From an uncultured bacterium (GTDB lineage: Bacteria > Patescibacteriota > Doudnabacteria > UBA920), in NCBI GenBank assembly GCA_963749445.1, contig CAVVMJ010000005.1:34915-98914 (forward strand): a stretch of DNA of 64,000 nucleotides. Direction: 5' to 3'. Below are positions 22,155-31,782 of this stretch, piece by piece. Within the stretch, counting starts at the first letter, position 1. Each line of letters opens with the position of its first letter. The position numbers and the translations under genes were made by a program. The notes beneath the pieces are model-generated. The model worked only from the letters and a program-made list of their open reading frames with translations, was not told the DNA's origin and made no database searches.

Positions 22155-23423
22155 GTGAACAGGCTAATCGCAGAGAGTATTGATTTGGGGTCGTTCTCGC
22201 TTATCGATGGTCTGCCCGAGTATGTCCTTAAGCGCGTGGTTGACGCTAAGGCCAAGGCCAGACGGGCAAACATCGACGTGGTCGATGTTGGGATGGGTAA
22301 TCCCGACGGCGCAACTCCGAAAGTCGTCGTGGACAAAATCGTCGAAGCGGCGCGCAACAAACGCAACCATCGTTATGGTGTCTCGCGCGGCCTCTTGAGG
22401 CTCCGCGAAGACATTGTCGTCAAGTATCAGCGAGACTACGGTGCTGAATTTGACGTCGATACCGAAACGGTAGTAACAGTCGGTGCCAAAGACGCAATCA
22501 ATAACACCCTTCGAGGGGTGTTGTCCCCCGGCAACCTCGTAGCTTCCCAGAATCCGGCTTACCCCATCCACCACCAAGCTGTCGTGTTTGCAGGTGGAGT
22601 ACCGGTCATGCTGGACACAAGCGACCCGAGCGAGTTTTTGAATCAGCTGGAGGACTTGTGCAACACTCGCAAGATCCGGTTGATTCTCATCTCGTTTCCG
22701 CACAACCCGACCACCGTTTGCGTCGACCTCGCTTTTTTCGAGGAGGTCGTGCAGATCGCCCGCAAGCACGGGATCATGGTCGTCCATGATTTCGCGTATG
22801 CCGACTTCGGTCTCGACGGCTACCGCCCGCCAAGCATCATGCAGGTGCTGGGTGCCAAAGACGTTGCCGTCGAAATCTTCTCTTTTTCCAAGAGCTATAA
22901 CATGGCGGGATGGAGAATCGGGTTTGCTGTCGGTAATAAACGCATGATGGACGCACTGATGAAGATCAAGTCTTATCTGGATTACGGAGTACCGCAGGCT
23001 ATCCAGATCGGAGCCATCATCGCGCTGCGCGAGTGCCGAGACTTTCCCAAGAAGATCTGCGGCGTCTACCAGTCCAGGCGGGACGTCCTGATCGACACGC
23101 TTAAACGCGCCGGCTGGGAAATCGAAAAACCTAAGGGTACCATGTTCGTCTGGGGCCCTATTCCCAAGCAGTACCTGAAGTTGGGGTCGGTGGGTTTCGG
23201 GGAGTTCCTCTTGGACAAGGCCTTGGTCGCGGTAGCGGCTGGTACGGGATTCGGCGAGAGCGAATACGCGGACCATCACGTCCGATTCGCTCTAATCGAA
23301 AATGAACGTCGCTTAAGGCAAGGCGGCCGAAATATCGGCCGGGCTTTCCGTGGGCTGCCCCCGTTGGGTATGCAGAAGCACTTCCGTAACCGCAACGGTG
23401 ACGAGATCGCAGTAGTCGCTTAG
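22155..23423 (+). CDS. PLP-dependent aminotransferase, class I/II fold type I, markedly GC-rich
   Basis: The SFSKSYNMAGWRIGF lysine motif is typical of aspartate/LL-DAP aminotransferases. The opposite strand has a long shadow ORF because of the high GC. Confidence 0.75.
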   Translation: MNRLIAESIDLGSFSLIDGLPEYVLKRVVDAKAKARRANIDVVDVGMGNPDGATPKVVVDKIVEAARNKRNHRYGVSRGLLRLREDIVVKYQRDYGAEFDVDTETVVTVGAKDAINNTLRGVLSPGNLVASQNPAYPIHHQAVVFAGGVPVMLDTSDPSEFLNQLEDLCNTRKIRLILISFPHNPTTVCVDLAFFEEVVQIARKHGIMVVHDFAYADFGLDGYRPPSIMQVLGAKDVAVEIFSFSKSYNMAGWRIGFAVGNKRMMDALMKIKSYLDYGVPQAIQIGAIIALRECRDFPKKICGVYQSRRDVLIDTLKRAGWEIEKPKGTMFVWGPIPKQYLKLGSVGFGEFLLDKALVAVAAGTGFGESEYADHHVRFALIENERRLRQGGRNIGRAFRGLPPLGMQKHFRNRNGDEIAVVA

Positions 23424-23754
23424 TTGGCCAACCTTTTTGACCCTGTATAGTAGTTGCATGGTGGCGGGGAAATTGCTGTTAGTCTGCAGACCAGCAACTC
23501 CCCGCCCGCCATCCTTAAAATAAAATTCCGGTCAGCGGTGGGGCCATAGTTTAATTACTAAGGCTCCGCCGTTGTTCGGAAAAAGAGTTTTTGATTTTTA
23601 AGCAACTTTGTGGTATGATATTGTCATACTTGGTGTGATAAGCGAATTGTTCCTTGCAAAATCAGCCGTAAAATTTTTAGGACTAATTTTGCAGGGTGGA
23701 AATCCCTGTGTGGCGGGGTCAAACCCGCCATGAACCTGTAATTGAGGTGTAAGA

Positions 23755-23976
23755 ATGAGTGCAACGACCCATGCAGGTGCAGCAGCCGCCGAACCTGGTG
23801 CGGCTATCGGGCCGCCCCAAGGGGCGGCGGCAAACAACGCGGCGGAAACGCCGCAAGACAAGGGGGGCTACAAAATCGCCGGGATTGACTTTGACATCCC
23901 GTGGGCCCAGTTTGGGGGGTTCCCCAACGAGGCCGCAAGGGCGATTTATTACGGAGGTGCGTTAGCGCCGAGTTAG
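23755..23976 (+). CDS. Small hypothetical protein (Ala/Gly-rich), GC-rich
   Basis: 73-aa ORF with GAGGTG 7 nt upstream of the ATG. It is preceded by a GTATGAT-containing motif. Confidence 0.3.
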   Translation: MSATTHAGAAAAEPGAAIGPPQGAAANNAAETPQDKGGYKIAGIDFDIPWAQFGGFPNEAARAIYYGGALAPS

Positions 23977-24341
23977 GAGCCGTGGTACGGTTCTCGCGAG
24001 GGCACCACGTCTCGCCTGACCGAAGGCGCTTGTAATGCGCCCCGATGTTGTGCTGAAGGCCGGTTTATCCGAGTTTAGTTCGCGGGCATTCCTCCACCCG
24101 CAGCTATTCGTTCCAAGGAGACTTCCGGCCTTCTCCTTTTTTATTTGTGTTTACCAAAATTAAAAAGTATGATAAAGTATGATAGGCGATACTGATTAGA
24201 TAGACTGTCAACAATAAGATGAATTTGCGAGGAGCCAGGGCTTTATCTGGCGACGAAGCAATCCCGTTAATTTAGGGGATTGCCACGCCCCTCTCTGCAT
24301 CGGGGCTCGCAATTTCCATCGGTTTTGAAGAGAAAATTTAA

Positions 24342-25190
24342 ATGAATCGTGAAAGGCTGACAATTACATTACGGTCGGATTTACTGGAAGCTTTGGATGC
24401 CAGCATTGACGGCGAGAGGTTAAGGAACCGCAGCCATGGCATTGAGTATTATTTGTCGCGCAGCTTGGGAGCCCGCGCGGTTAAGGTTTTAATTTTGGCC
24501 GGTGGCAAGCCGGTGTATTTTGATAGCGAAAAAAAGGTTTTGCCCAAAGCTATGGTCAAAATCGCGCACAAGCCTTTGCTTGAGCAGACTCTGCGCCGCC
24601 TTAAGGCTTCCAAATTCAGCGAAGTAATAATTTCCATTGGCGAAGGCGGGGAAATCATCCAAAATTATTTTGGCGACGGAAGCAGTCTGGGTCTAAAAAT
24701 AAGTTATTTGGAACAGAACGGCAGCAAATCGGGAAATGCCCAGCCTTTGCTCCAGGCAAAAAACAGTATGGGCAGCGGTCAGTTTTTGCTGCTTTACGGT
24801 GACGTGTTAAGCGATATAGATTATAACGATTTTGTGGAATTCCATCGTTTGCAAAAGCCTTCGGTCTGCACCATGGCGCTGACCAGCACCGAGGCGGTCA
24901 ATATGTGGGGCTTGGCCCGGCTGCAGGGCAACCGCGTGGTGGAGTTTGAGGAAAAACCCAAAAACCCCAAAACTTTTTCGCGGCTGATTAACGCCGGAAT
25001 TTATATGATGGAGCCGGAAATTTTTAAATTTATTACCCCAAGCGCCCATAAGTTGGAAAGCAATGTCTTTCCCCGCCTGGCCGAGGAAGGCAAACTGTTT
25101 GGCTATCCATACGAAGGTTTGTGGCTGGATATTTCCAACAGCGCGGCATATCGGCAAGCAGTCAAGGAAATTTCTAATGGTAAGTATTAA
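24342..25190 (+). CDS. Ribbon-helix-helix (CopG-like) domain fused to a sugar-1-phosphate nucleotidyltransferase
   Basis: The N-terminus MNRERLTITLRSDLLEALD is RHH-like, followed by a VLILAGGKPVY nucleotidyltransferase fold. Confidence 0.6.
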   Translation: MNRERLTITLRSDLLEALDASIDGERLRNRSHGIEYYLSRSLGARAVKVLILAGGKPVYFDSEKKVLPKAMVKIAHKPLLEQTLRRLKASKFSEVIISIGEGGEIIQNYFGDGSSLGLKISYLEQNGSKSGNAQPLLQAKNSMGSGQFLLLYGDVLSDIDYNDFVEFHRLQKPSVCTMALTSTEAVNMWGLARLQGNRVVEFEEKPKNPKTFSRLINAGIYMMEPEIFKFITPSAHKLESNVFPRLAEEGKLFGYPYEGLWLDISNSAAYRQAVKEISNGKY

Positions 25191-25284
25191 GAATCAAGAA
25201 TTTAGTATTAAGAATTTATTAAGCTCTTAATTCTTAATACATGCTTCTTAACACTTTGATTATAGATTATTAATATTTTAAACT

Positions 25285-26313
25285 ATGCCCAAACAACCAT
25301 CCAAAACCAAAATCGCCTTAAACGGCCTCGGAAGAATCGGCCGGATTTTTTTGCGGCAAGCTTGGAACAACCCGCATTTTGAAATTGCGGCTCTGCATTC
25401 CAGGAGCGGTTTGGAGATGTACGCGCACTTGCTCAAATACGATTCCATCTATGGCATTTGGGACAAAGATGTGAGCGTCAAAGGTAATAATCTGATCATC
25501 GAAGGGAAAAAATTTCCGTTTGTCTCGGACGAGGACGGCAAGTTGCCCTGGAAAAAACTTAAAATTGACGCCGTGGTGGATGCCACGGGCCGCTATACCA
25601 AAAAACAGGACGCCATGACGCATTTGGACCAAGGGGCGCGTTTTATGGTCTGCACCGCGCCCATGTCGGATCCGGACGAAACTTTTGTCTTTGCCGCCAA
25701 CCATAAAAAGTTTGACCCGGCTGTCCACAAAATTGTTTCCGCCGGCTCCTGTACCACGGTCTGCAGTACTTTGACCTTAAAAGTTTTGGAAGAAACTTTC
25801 GGCGTGGAGCAGGCGTTCATCAACACGGTGCACGCGTATACCGGCGACCAGATGCTGCTGGACGGTTCGCACAAGGATTTGCGCCGGGCCCGAGCGGCCA
25901 CGCAGTCTATCATCCCGACTTCCAGCGGCGTGTCCAAAACCATTGTGGGTTTGTACCCGCACTTAAAAGGCAAAATTGACGCGCTGGCTTTGCGCGTACC
26001 GATTCCCGATCCGTCCGTGGTGGTGCTGTCCGCGATCTTAAAAAAAACGGTGAGCATGGATAAATTAAAAACCGCCTTTACCAAGGCGGCCCAGGGCGAA
26101 CTCAAAAACCATTTAGCGGTTAGCAGCTTGCCTTTGGTTTCCATTGATTTTAAAGGCAACACCAATGGAGCCACGGTGGATTTGTATTCCAGTTCCGTGG
26201 TCAACAGCCACTTGGTTAACATTTTGTCGTGGTATGATAACGAATGGGGCTATGTGCGGCAAACGGTTTATTTGTTGGAATATTTGGCCAAAAAAATGGC
26301 CCAATCAAAATAG
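25285..26313 (+). CDS. gap: Glyceraldehyde-3-phosphate dehydrogenase family
   Basis: LNGLGRIGR NAD-binding start and the catalytic SAGSCTT cysteine region. Confidence 0.75.
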   Translation: MPKQPSKTKIALNGLGRIGRIFLRQAWNNPHFEIAALHSRSGLEMYAHLLKYDSIYGIWDKDVSVKGNNLIIEGKKFPFVSDEDGKLPWKKLKIDAVVDATGRYTKKQDAMTHLDQGARFMVCTAPMSDPDETFVFAANHKKFDPAVHKIVSAGSCTTVCSTLTLKVLEETFGVEQAFINTVHAYTGDQMLLDGSHKDLRRARAATQSIIPTSSGVSKTIVGLYPHLKGKIDALALRVPIPDPSVVVLSAILKKTVSMDKLKTAFTKAAQGELKNHLAVSSLPLVSIDFKGNTNGATVDLYSSSVVNSHLVNILSWYDNEWGYVRQTVYLLEYLAKKMAQSK

Positions 26314-26327
26314 TTTTAAAAAAGCCG

Positions 26328-27116
26328 TCAAATAATGATGGCTTTTTTAAATTCCTTAATCATTTGTCCGTGGATGCGGCCGTTGCTGGCTAGGAATGAT
26401 TTGGAATCTATGGTCAAACTTTTTCCATCCAGCTGCGTTACCCTCCCGCCCGCCTCTGCGACAATCAGCGCCGCAGCCGCGAAATCCCAGACGTTAATTT
26501 CGCTTTGGATGTGAAAATCAAATACGCCCATGGCGGTAAAGCACATTTCCAGCGTGGCCGAACCCAGCGTCCGGATTTTATGCAGCAGCGGCAGGAGCCT
26601 GGGGAAATTAACTTGCGCTTTGTGAATATTGCGGCCCCAGCCAAAGCCCCCGAAGGCCAGCTTTAAGGATTTTTTTGAAGAGACTTTCAGGCGCCGGCCG
26701 TTTAAAAAGGCACCCTGGCCTTTGGCGGCGCTAAACAGCTGCCCGAGCACCGGGTTATAGACTACCGCGGCCAGAGGGGTTTCACTTTGCCATAGAGCAA
26801 TGGAAACGCAGCACAAAGGCAACCCTTGTATGTAGTTGGTCGTGCCATCTATGGGGTCGATAATCCAGATTAGGTCGTTTTTAGAAATTTGCTGGCCGCC
26901 AAATTCCTCGCCGATTATTTTATGGTTTGGAAACCGCTTTAAAATAGTTTTTCTGATTTGGGTTTCTATTTGACGATCGATTTCGGTGACCAGGTTCCGC
27001 GGATCGTTGTTCTTGATTTGGACATCTTTGGGCTTGCCAAAAGACGCTTTAAAAATTTTTCCCGCCGTCTTGGCCGCAGAGAGCGCGACTTTTAGGTATT
27101 TTTGGTTGGAAGCCAT
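26328..27116 (-). CDS. Inositol monophosphatase / FBPase family (SuhB-like)
   Basis: WIIDPIDGTTNY metal-binding motif. Confidence 0.8.
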   Translation of the reverse strand: MASNQKYLKVALSAAKTAGKIFKASFGKPKDVQIKNNDPRNLVTEIDRQIETQIRKTILKRFPNHKIIGEEFGGQQISKNDLIWIIDPIDGTTNYIQGLPLCCVSIALWQSETPLAAVVYNPVLGQLFSAAKGQGAFLNGRRLKVSSKKSLKLAFGGFGWGRNIHKAQVNFPRLLPLLHKIRTLGSATLEMCFTAMGVFDFHIQSEINVWDFAAAALIVAEAGGRVTQLDGKSLTIDSKSFLASNGRIHGQMIKEFKKAIII

Positions 27117-27157
27117 ATCAGATATTATAGCTTAAATAGTGCTATAATACCATAGTT

Positions 27158-28594
27158 ATGAGAATTATCGCTGATTTACAAATCCATTCAAAGTATAGCA
27201 GGGCCTGCTCGCAGGATTTAAATCCTGCAAATATCGGGCTGTGGGCGGATAAAAAAGGCATTGGGATTGTGGGCACCGGGGATTTTACGCATCCTAAGTG
27301 GCTTTTGGAATTGAAGGAAAATTTGGAAGAGGCGAAACCGGGGCTGTATCGGCTGCGATCAAGCAACCTCTCCTCAACCCTCCCCTCAAAAGGGGAGGGG
27401 GTTCCGCGAGCGATGTTTATGCTTACCGCGGAGGTCTCCTCGATTTATAAACAGGGTGACAAGGTGCGGCGGGTGCATAATGTGATTTTCGCGCCGAACT
27501 TTGCGGCGGTTGACCGCATTATCAGCGGTTTGGAAAAGGCGGGCGCCAACCTAAAAGCCGACGGCCGGCCGATTATGGGCGTGCATTGCGACACTTTGGT
27601 TAAGATTGTGAAAGAAGCTTCATCAGAGGCAGAGGTTATCCCAGCTCACGCCTGGACGCCGCATTTTGGGCTGTTTGGCTCTTTATCAGGATTTGATTCC
27701 ATAGAGGAAGCTTTTGGCGACCAGTCAAAATATATATTTGCCATTGAGACCGGGCTGTCATCTGATCCAAAAATGAATTGGCAAATTTCTAAGCTGGACA
27801 ACATCACTTTGGTGTCCAATTCCGACGCGCACAGTTTGCGGAAAATCGGCAGGGAAGCCAATGTGTTTGAAGTTGACGAGAAAAAATTGTCTTATGCGGA
27901 AATTATCCGCATCATTAAAAATAAAGACCCGAAAGAGTTTTTGTTTACCATTGAATTTTTTCCCGAAGAAGGCAAGTACCATTTGGACGGCCACGCGGAC
28001 TGTAAGTTTAGCTGTCAGCCGAGCCAGACAAAGAAATTGAAAGGCATTTGTCCGGTCTGCGGCAAGAAACTGCTGGTCGGGGTGCTGTCGCGCGTTGATG
28101 ATTTGGCCGATCGCGAGTTTGGCTTTATTCCGCCGCGGGCCATTCCTTACAAGAGTGTGATTCCTTTGGAAGAAATTATTGCGGAAACTTTGGGGGTTGG
28201 GGTACAGAGCAAAAAGGTGATGGCGATGTATGAGCAAATGGTTAAACGTACCACCCCGTCTGCTATCGCAGACACCCCTCCTATTGTAGGAGGGGAGGCT
28301 CCGCAGTTATCCTTGGATGACACGCGGAGCTCTCCTCCTGGAACAGGAGGAGTACCCGCCGAAGGCGGGGGAGGTGGTAGACTTTATGGCGAATTTGCCA
28401 TTCTTTTGGAAATGCCTGAGGACCAAATCGCCCGAATATCATCAGCTGACATAGCAGCCTCCATCCTCCGCGTCCGCAGCGGCCAAGTCCGCGTGGAAGG
28501 CGGCTACGACGGGGTGTTTGGTAAAATTCACTTATTTGAAGAAGGTGAACGGGAAAAGATCCTTAAAAAGCCCAAGCAGGCTAGTTTGTTTTAA
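27158..28594 (+). CDS. PHP-domain endonuclease Q-like protein, with two in-frame palindromic insertions
   Basis: DLQIHSKYSRACS, GTGDFTHP, PAHAWTPHFG, SNSDAHS, GKYHLDGH and a CPVCGKK zinc ribbon match EndoQ architecture. Inserts lie at 27366..27410 and 28251..28379. Confidence 0.55.
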   Translation: MRIIADLQIHSKYSRACSQDLNPANIGLWADKKGIGIVGTGDFTHPKWLLELKENLEEAKPGLYRLRSSNLSSTLPSKGEGVPRAMFMLTAEVSSIYKQGDKVRRVHNVIFAPNFAAVDRIISGLEKAGANLKADGRPIMGVHCDTLVKIVKEASSEAEVIPAHAWTPHFGLFGSLSGFDSIEEAFGDQSKYIFAIETGLSSDPKMNWQISKLDNITLVSNSDAHSLRKIGREANVFEVDEKKLSYAEIIRIIKNKDPKEFLFTIEFFPEEGKYHLDGHADCKFSCQPSQTKKLKGICPVCGKKLLVGVLSRVDDLADREFGFIPPRAIPYKSVIPLEEIIAETLGVGVQSKKVMAMYEQMVKRTTPSAIADTPPIVGGEAPQLSLDDTRSSPPGTGGVPAEGGGGGRLYGEFAILLEMPEDQIARISSADIAASILRVRSGQVRVEGGYDGVFGKIHLFEEGEREKILKKPKQASLF

Positions 28595-28619
28595 GAGAAA
28601 AAACTGATATAATACCTCC

Positions 28620-30035
28620 ATGAAAAAGACTAAGATAGTATGCACATTGGGTCCCACATCACAATCCGTTAAAACTTTAACCGAGATGGTCAATGCGGGG
28701 ATGAATGTGGCGAGGTTGAATTTTTCCCACGGCGATCACGAGAACCACGCGCTACTCATCAAGAATATCCGCGCCGTGGCCAAAAAGCTGAACACCACCA
28801 TTACCATTATTCAGGATTTGCACGGGCCGAAAATCCGCGTTTTAGAAATGAAGGAACCGTTGAATGTAAAAGTCGGACAAACTGTCATAATCGGCCAGGA
28901 TTTTAAATTGGATTTGGACGTGATGAAATCCATCCGGCCGAAGCAGCGGATTTTAATTGAAGATGGTTTGATTGAGCTGGAAGTGCAAAAGATCATCCGC
29001 GGCCCCTCGACTTCGCTCGGGGCAGGAAAAATTTACTGCATCGCGCTGTCGCCCGGAAAAATCCAATCCCACAAAGGCGTGAATCTTCCGCGCACTAAAC
29101 TAAAAATTCCCATTTTGGGCCCTAAAGACATTGACGACTTAAAATTCGGGCTAAAGCAGGACGTTGATTACATTGCCTTGTCGTTTGTGCGGAGCCGCAA
29201 GGATGTGGCCAAGTTGCGCGAATTGATTGATAAATATAATCCCAAGAATTTCCAAAAACCGTTAATCATCGCCAAAATTGAAAAGCCCGAAGCGGTCAAG
29301 AATTTTGACGGCGTATTGCGGGAAACGGACGCGGTGATGGTGGCGCGCGGCGATCTTGGCGTGGAAATGCCGGAGAACCAGGTGCCGATTATCCAAAAGA
29401 CGATTATCCAAAAATGCCTGCGCGCGTGCAAGCCCGTAATCGTGGCCACGCAAATGTTGGACAGCATGATCCGCAACCCCAGGCCCACGCGGGCCGAAGT
29501 TTCCGACGTGGCCAATGCCGTTATTGACCAGACCGACTGCGTTATGCTTTCCGGCGAAACCGCGTTCGGCAAATATCCGGTTAGGGCCGTGAGTGAGATG
29601 GCACGGATTATTGAGACCACGGAAAAATCCGCCTTTTTGCCCGCACACAAGCACTTGGCCGACCGCGTGGCCAGCAAAACCGAAGCCGTGGCCGAGAGCG
29701 TGTTTGATTTGGCCATGCACACCCAGGCCAGGGTGATTGTCGGAGCCACCGAATATGGTTTTACGGCGCGCGAAGTGGCTCACGAGCGGCCGTATCACCA
29801 GCATTTGGTGATGCTGACCCCCAAAGCCAAAACTTTGCGGCAGATAAATATGATTTGGGGCGTGGAAGCTTTGCTCGTGCCGCAGGCAAAAACGTTTGAG
29901 GATTTGTCAGCGGAGATTATGTCTGCCATTAAAGCCAAAAAATTGGTCAAAAAAGGCGACAAGATAATTATGGTCACCGGCGAGCCGCTGGGGCAAAAAG
30001 AAAACCTTAACTTAGTTGAAGTCAAGACGGTTTGA
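28620..30035 (+). CDS. pyk: Pyruvate kinase
   Basis: N-terminus MKKTKIVCTLGP and the MVARGDLG motif. Length is 471 aa. Confidence 0.9.
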   Translation: MKKTKIVCTLGPTSQSVKTLTEMVNAGMNVARLNFSHGDHENHALLIKNIRAVAKKLNTTITIIQDLHGPKIRVLEMKEPLNVKVGQTVIIGQDFKLDLDVMKSIRPKQRILIEDGLIELEVQKIIRGPSTSLGAGKIYCIALSPGKIQSHKGVNLPRTKLKIPILGPKDIDDLKFGLKQDVDYIALSFVRSRKDVAKLRELIDKYNPKNFQKPLIIAKIEKPEAVKNFDGVLRETDAVMVARGDLGVEMPENQVPIIQKTIIQKCLRACKPVIVATQMLDSMIRNPRPTRAEVSDVANAVIDQTDCVMLSGETAFGKYPVRAVSEMARIIETTEKSAFLPAHKHLADRVASKTEAVAESVFDLAMHTQARVIVGATEYGFTAREVAHERPYHQHLVMLTPKAKTLRQINMIWGVEALLVPQAKTFEDLSAEIMSAIKAKKLVKKGDKIIMVTGEPLGQKENLNLVEVKTV

Positions 30036-30274
30036 CAATTTTTAGCAACTTGGCTATTCTAAAATCAGTTGTAAAATTAAAGCTTATGATTTTAAGCAAA
30101 GAAAGAACCAGAACACTTTCTGACATTAGTAAAGATATCGGCTTGGTGTTTTTTGCATCTTTGTTTATTGGGCCTTTTATTGCGGGAAGCAAAATCCAAT
30201 GGCCAGTAGTAATTTTGGGATTATTGCTGGCAGTAGTTAGTTGGTTATTAAGTTTGTTTTTAATCAAATCTTAA
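30032..30274 (+). CDS. Small membrane protein (2 TM helices), hypothetical
   Basis: 80-aa hydrophobic ORF overlapping the pyk stop by 4 nt. Confidence 0.3.
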   Translation: MTIFSNLAILKSVVKLKLMILSKERTRTLSDISKDIGLVFFASLFIGPFIAGSKIQWPVVILGLLLAVVSWLLSLFLIKS

Positions 30275-30550
30275 TTATGCCGGATTTTTATCAAGCCATG
30301 ACCAGCATTTATATTTTAGGAGCTTTAGTGGTAATCGCCATTGCCTTAGTTGCGATATTAGCAAAAAAGCAATAGAGCGGTTGAATTTGAAATGCTTTCA
30401 TTTTTGGAAGAGAGTTTGAATTTGGTGGAGGTGAAGACCGTGTAAAACAGATTAACACGGATTCTGCAAACAGATTCATCCCGTTAAATCCGGCGAAGCC
30501 GGTCCGCCTGCGGCGGAATTTAACGGGGTTAACACGGATCACGGATGTAG

Positions 30551-30590
30551 GGGCGGCCATCGGCCGCCCTATTTTGATGTTTTGAATTGC
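30551..30590 (+). terminator. Rho-independent terminator
   Basis: GGGCGGCC-ATC-GGCCGCCC hairpin followed by TATTTTGATGTTTT. Confidence 0.45.
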
Positions 30591-30745
30591 AATAAAGATC
30601 AGCTGGCCCATTTCCACCATTTGAGCCAATTGGGTTTTGTTTTTTAGAGTAATATAGGGATATTGCCATAAAGGATTTTTTGTGTTAAATTTCCGCTAGA
30701 GCTAGACCTAAAACTGGCTCAATTCACTTTGTGAGGTGACTTATT

Positions 30746-31519
30746 GTGAGAACAGGACGATGGTTGTTGATAGCTGTTGTTGTGCTGTCTGTCGCGCTTT
30801 GGACTGCCTGCCGGACTTCGTCCAACCGCCAATCCCAGAAGCTCGGCGGAGCGGCCAAGGTTACGGAGCAAGCTAAGCCTGCCAAGGCGGAAACCGTCAC
30901 CGGCACGATGGCCTGCTGCGAGTCGCTTTCCTTCGAGGAAGGCAATGCCGTTAAAGTCAATCGCACAGACAAAGACGGCAACGGCGAAATCCTGGTCTAC
31001 AGCGGACCGGCCGTTAAGGGCGTGACGCTGAAAGATCTCGTGGACGGCAACAAGGTCAAGGCGATTAAGCTTGACAAGGGTCCCGTCAGCGTTTATCTGG
31101 CTTCTATTACCTTTGATACGGAAGGGTCGGAGCTTGAGCACTACTACGGGATCGTCCGTAAGCCTGGCGTAATCAGTAACATCGGCTGCGTCAGGTGGCC
31201 CAAGGTCCTCATGTCCCCGGCTACGGAAAAAGGCGAGGAAGGCAAGCTTAACGTGTGCTACGGCCTCTATCCGCCGGACAGAAAACCGAAGGTGCTCCAG
31301 GCCGGCACCATCTCCCCCAAAGGAGGGGAAATCATTTTCGCCACGGCGGCTACGACGCAAACGGAATCTGGCCGAGGCGGAATACCTCCAAACATCTTTG
31401 ACACTCCAGTCGATCCGTGGAGACTGACTGCGATATGCGCGTTTGCTGGTTTACTGCTGTTCATTCTTTACCGTCGCGGCCCCTATTGGTGGCGAAGGCG
31501 ACGCCCCAAAGAGACGTGA
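30746..31519 (+). CDS. Secreted/membrane-anchored hypothetical protein (signal peptide plus C-terminal TM), GC-rich, GTG start
   Basis: GAGGTGA lies 7 nt before the GTG. There is an N-terminal hydrophobic signal and a C-terminal TM followed by RRRRPKET. The antisense ORF is a GC shadow. Confidence 0.45.
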   Translation: MRTGRWLLIAVVVLSVALWTACRTSSNRQSQKLGGAAKVTEQAKPAKAETVTGTMACCESLSFEEGNAVKVNRTDKDGNGEILVYSGPAVKGVTLKDLVDGNKVKAIKLDKGPVSVYLASITFDTEGSELEHYYGIVRKPGVISNIGCVRWPKVLMSPATEKGEEGKLNVCYGLYPPDRKPKVLQAGTISPKGGEIIFATAATTQTESGRGGIPPNIFDTPVDPWRLTAICAFAGLLLFILYRRGPYWWRRRRPKET

Positions 31520-31782
31520 GAACAGCAACTGCTTTCGGAAGCGCCGACCCGTAGATTTCATACGGGCAACGGCGCTTATTCTTTTTGTATAAAAAAGATG
31601 ACAAAACGCCTTTTGTCCGCTATAATGAATATAGAAATATCATATAAAGTATGATAATTCAGAGAATCGGAAAATCGGAAAAATCAGAATAATCGGAGTA
31701 TCCGATTTATCCGACTTCTGATTTTCCGACTTATCCGATTAGCCAAAATTTAGCAATAAAAAATAACTAACAAAACACAACT

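Noticed and set aside
22164-23279. 371-aa antisense ORF opposite the aminotransferase. Likewise 19615..20181, 25593..26222, 29168..29749, 29262..29804, 30719..31360, 38140..38868, 41612..42157 and 45241..45738
   Set aside because: Each lies antisense to a gene with clear family motifs. They have Arg/Cys/Trp-rich or low-complexity composition typical of GC-driven shadow ORFs.
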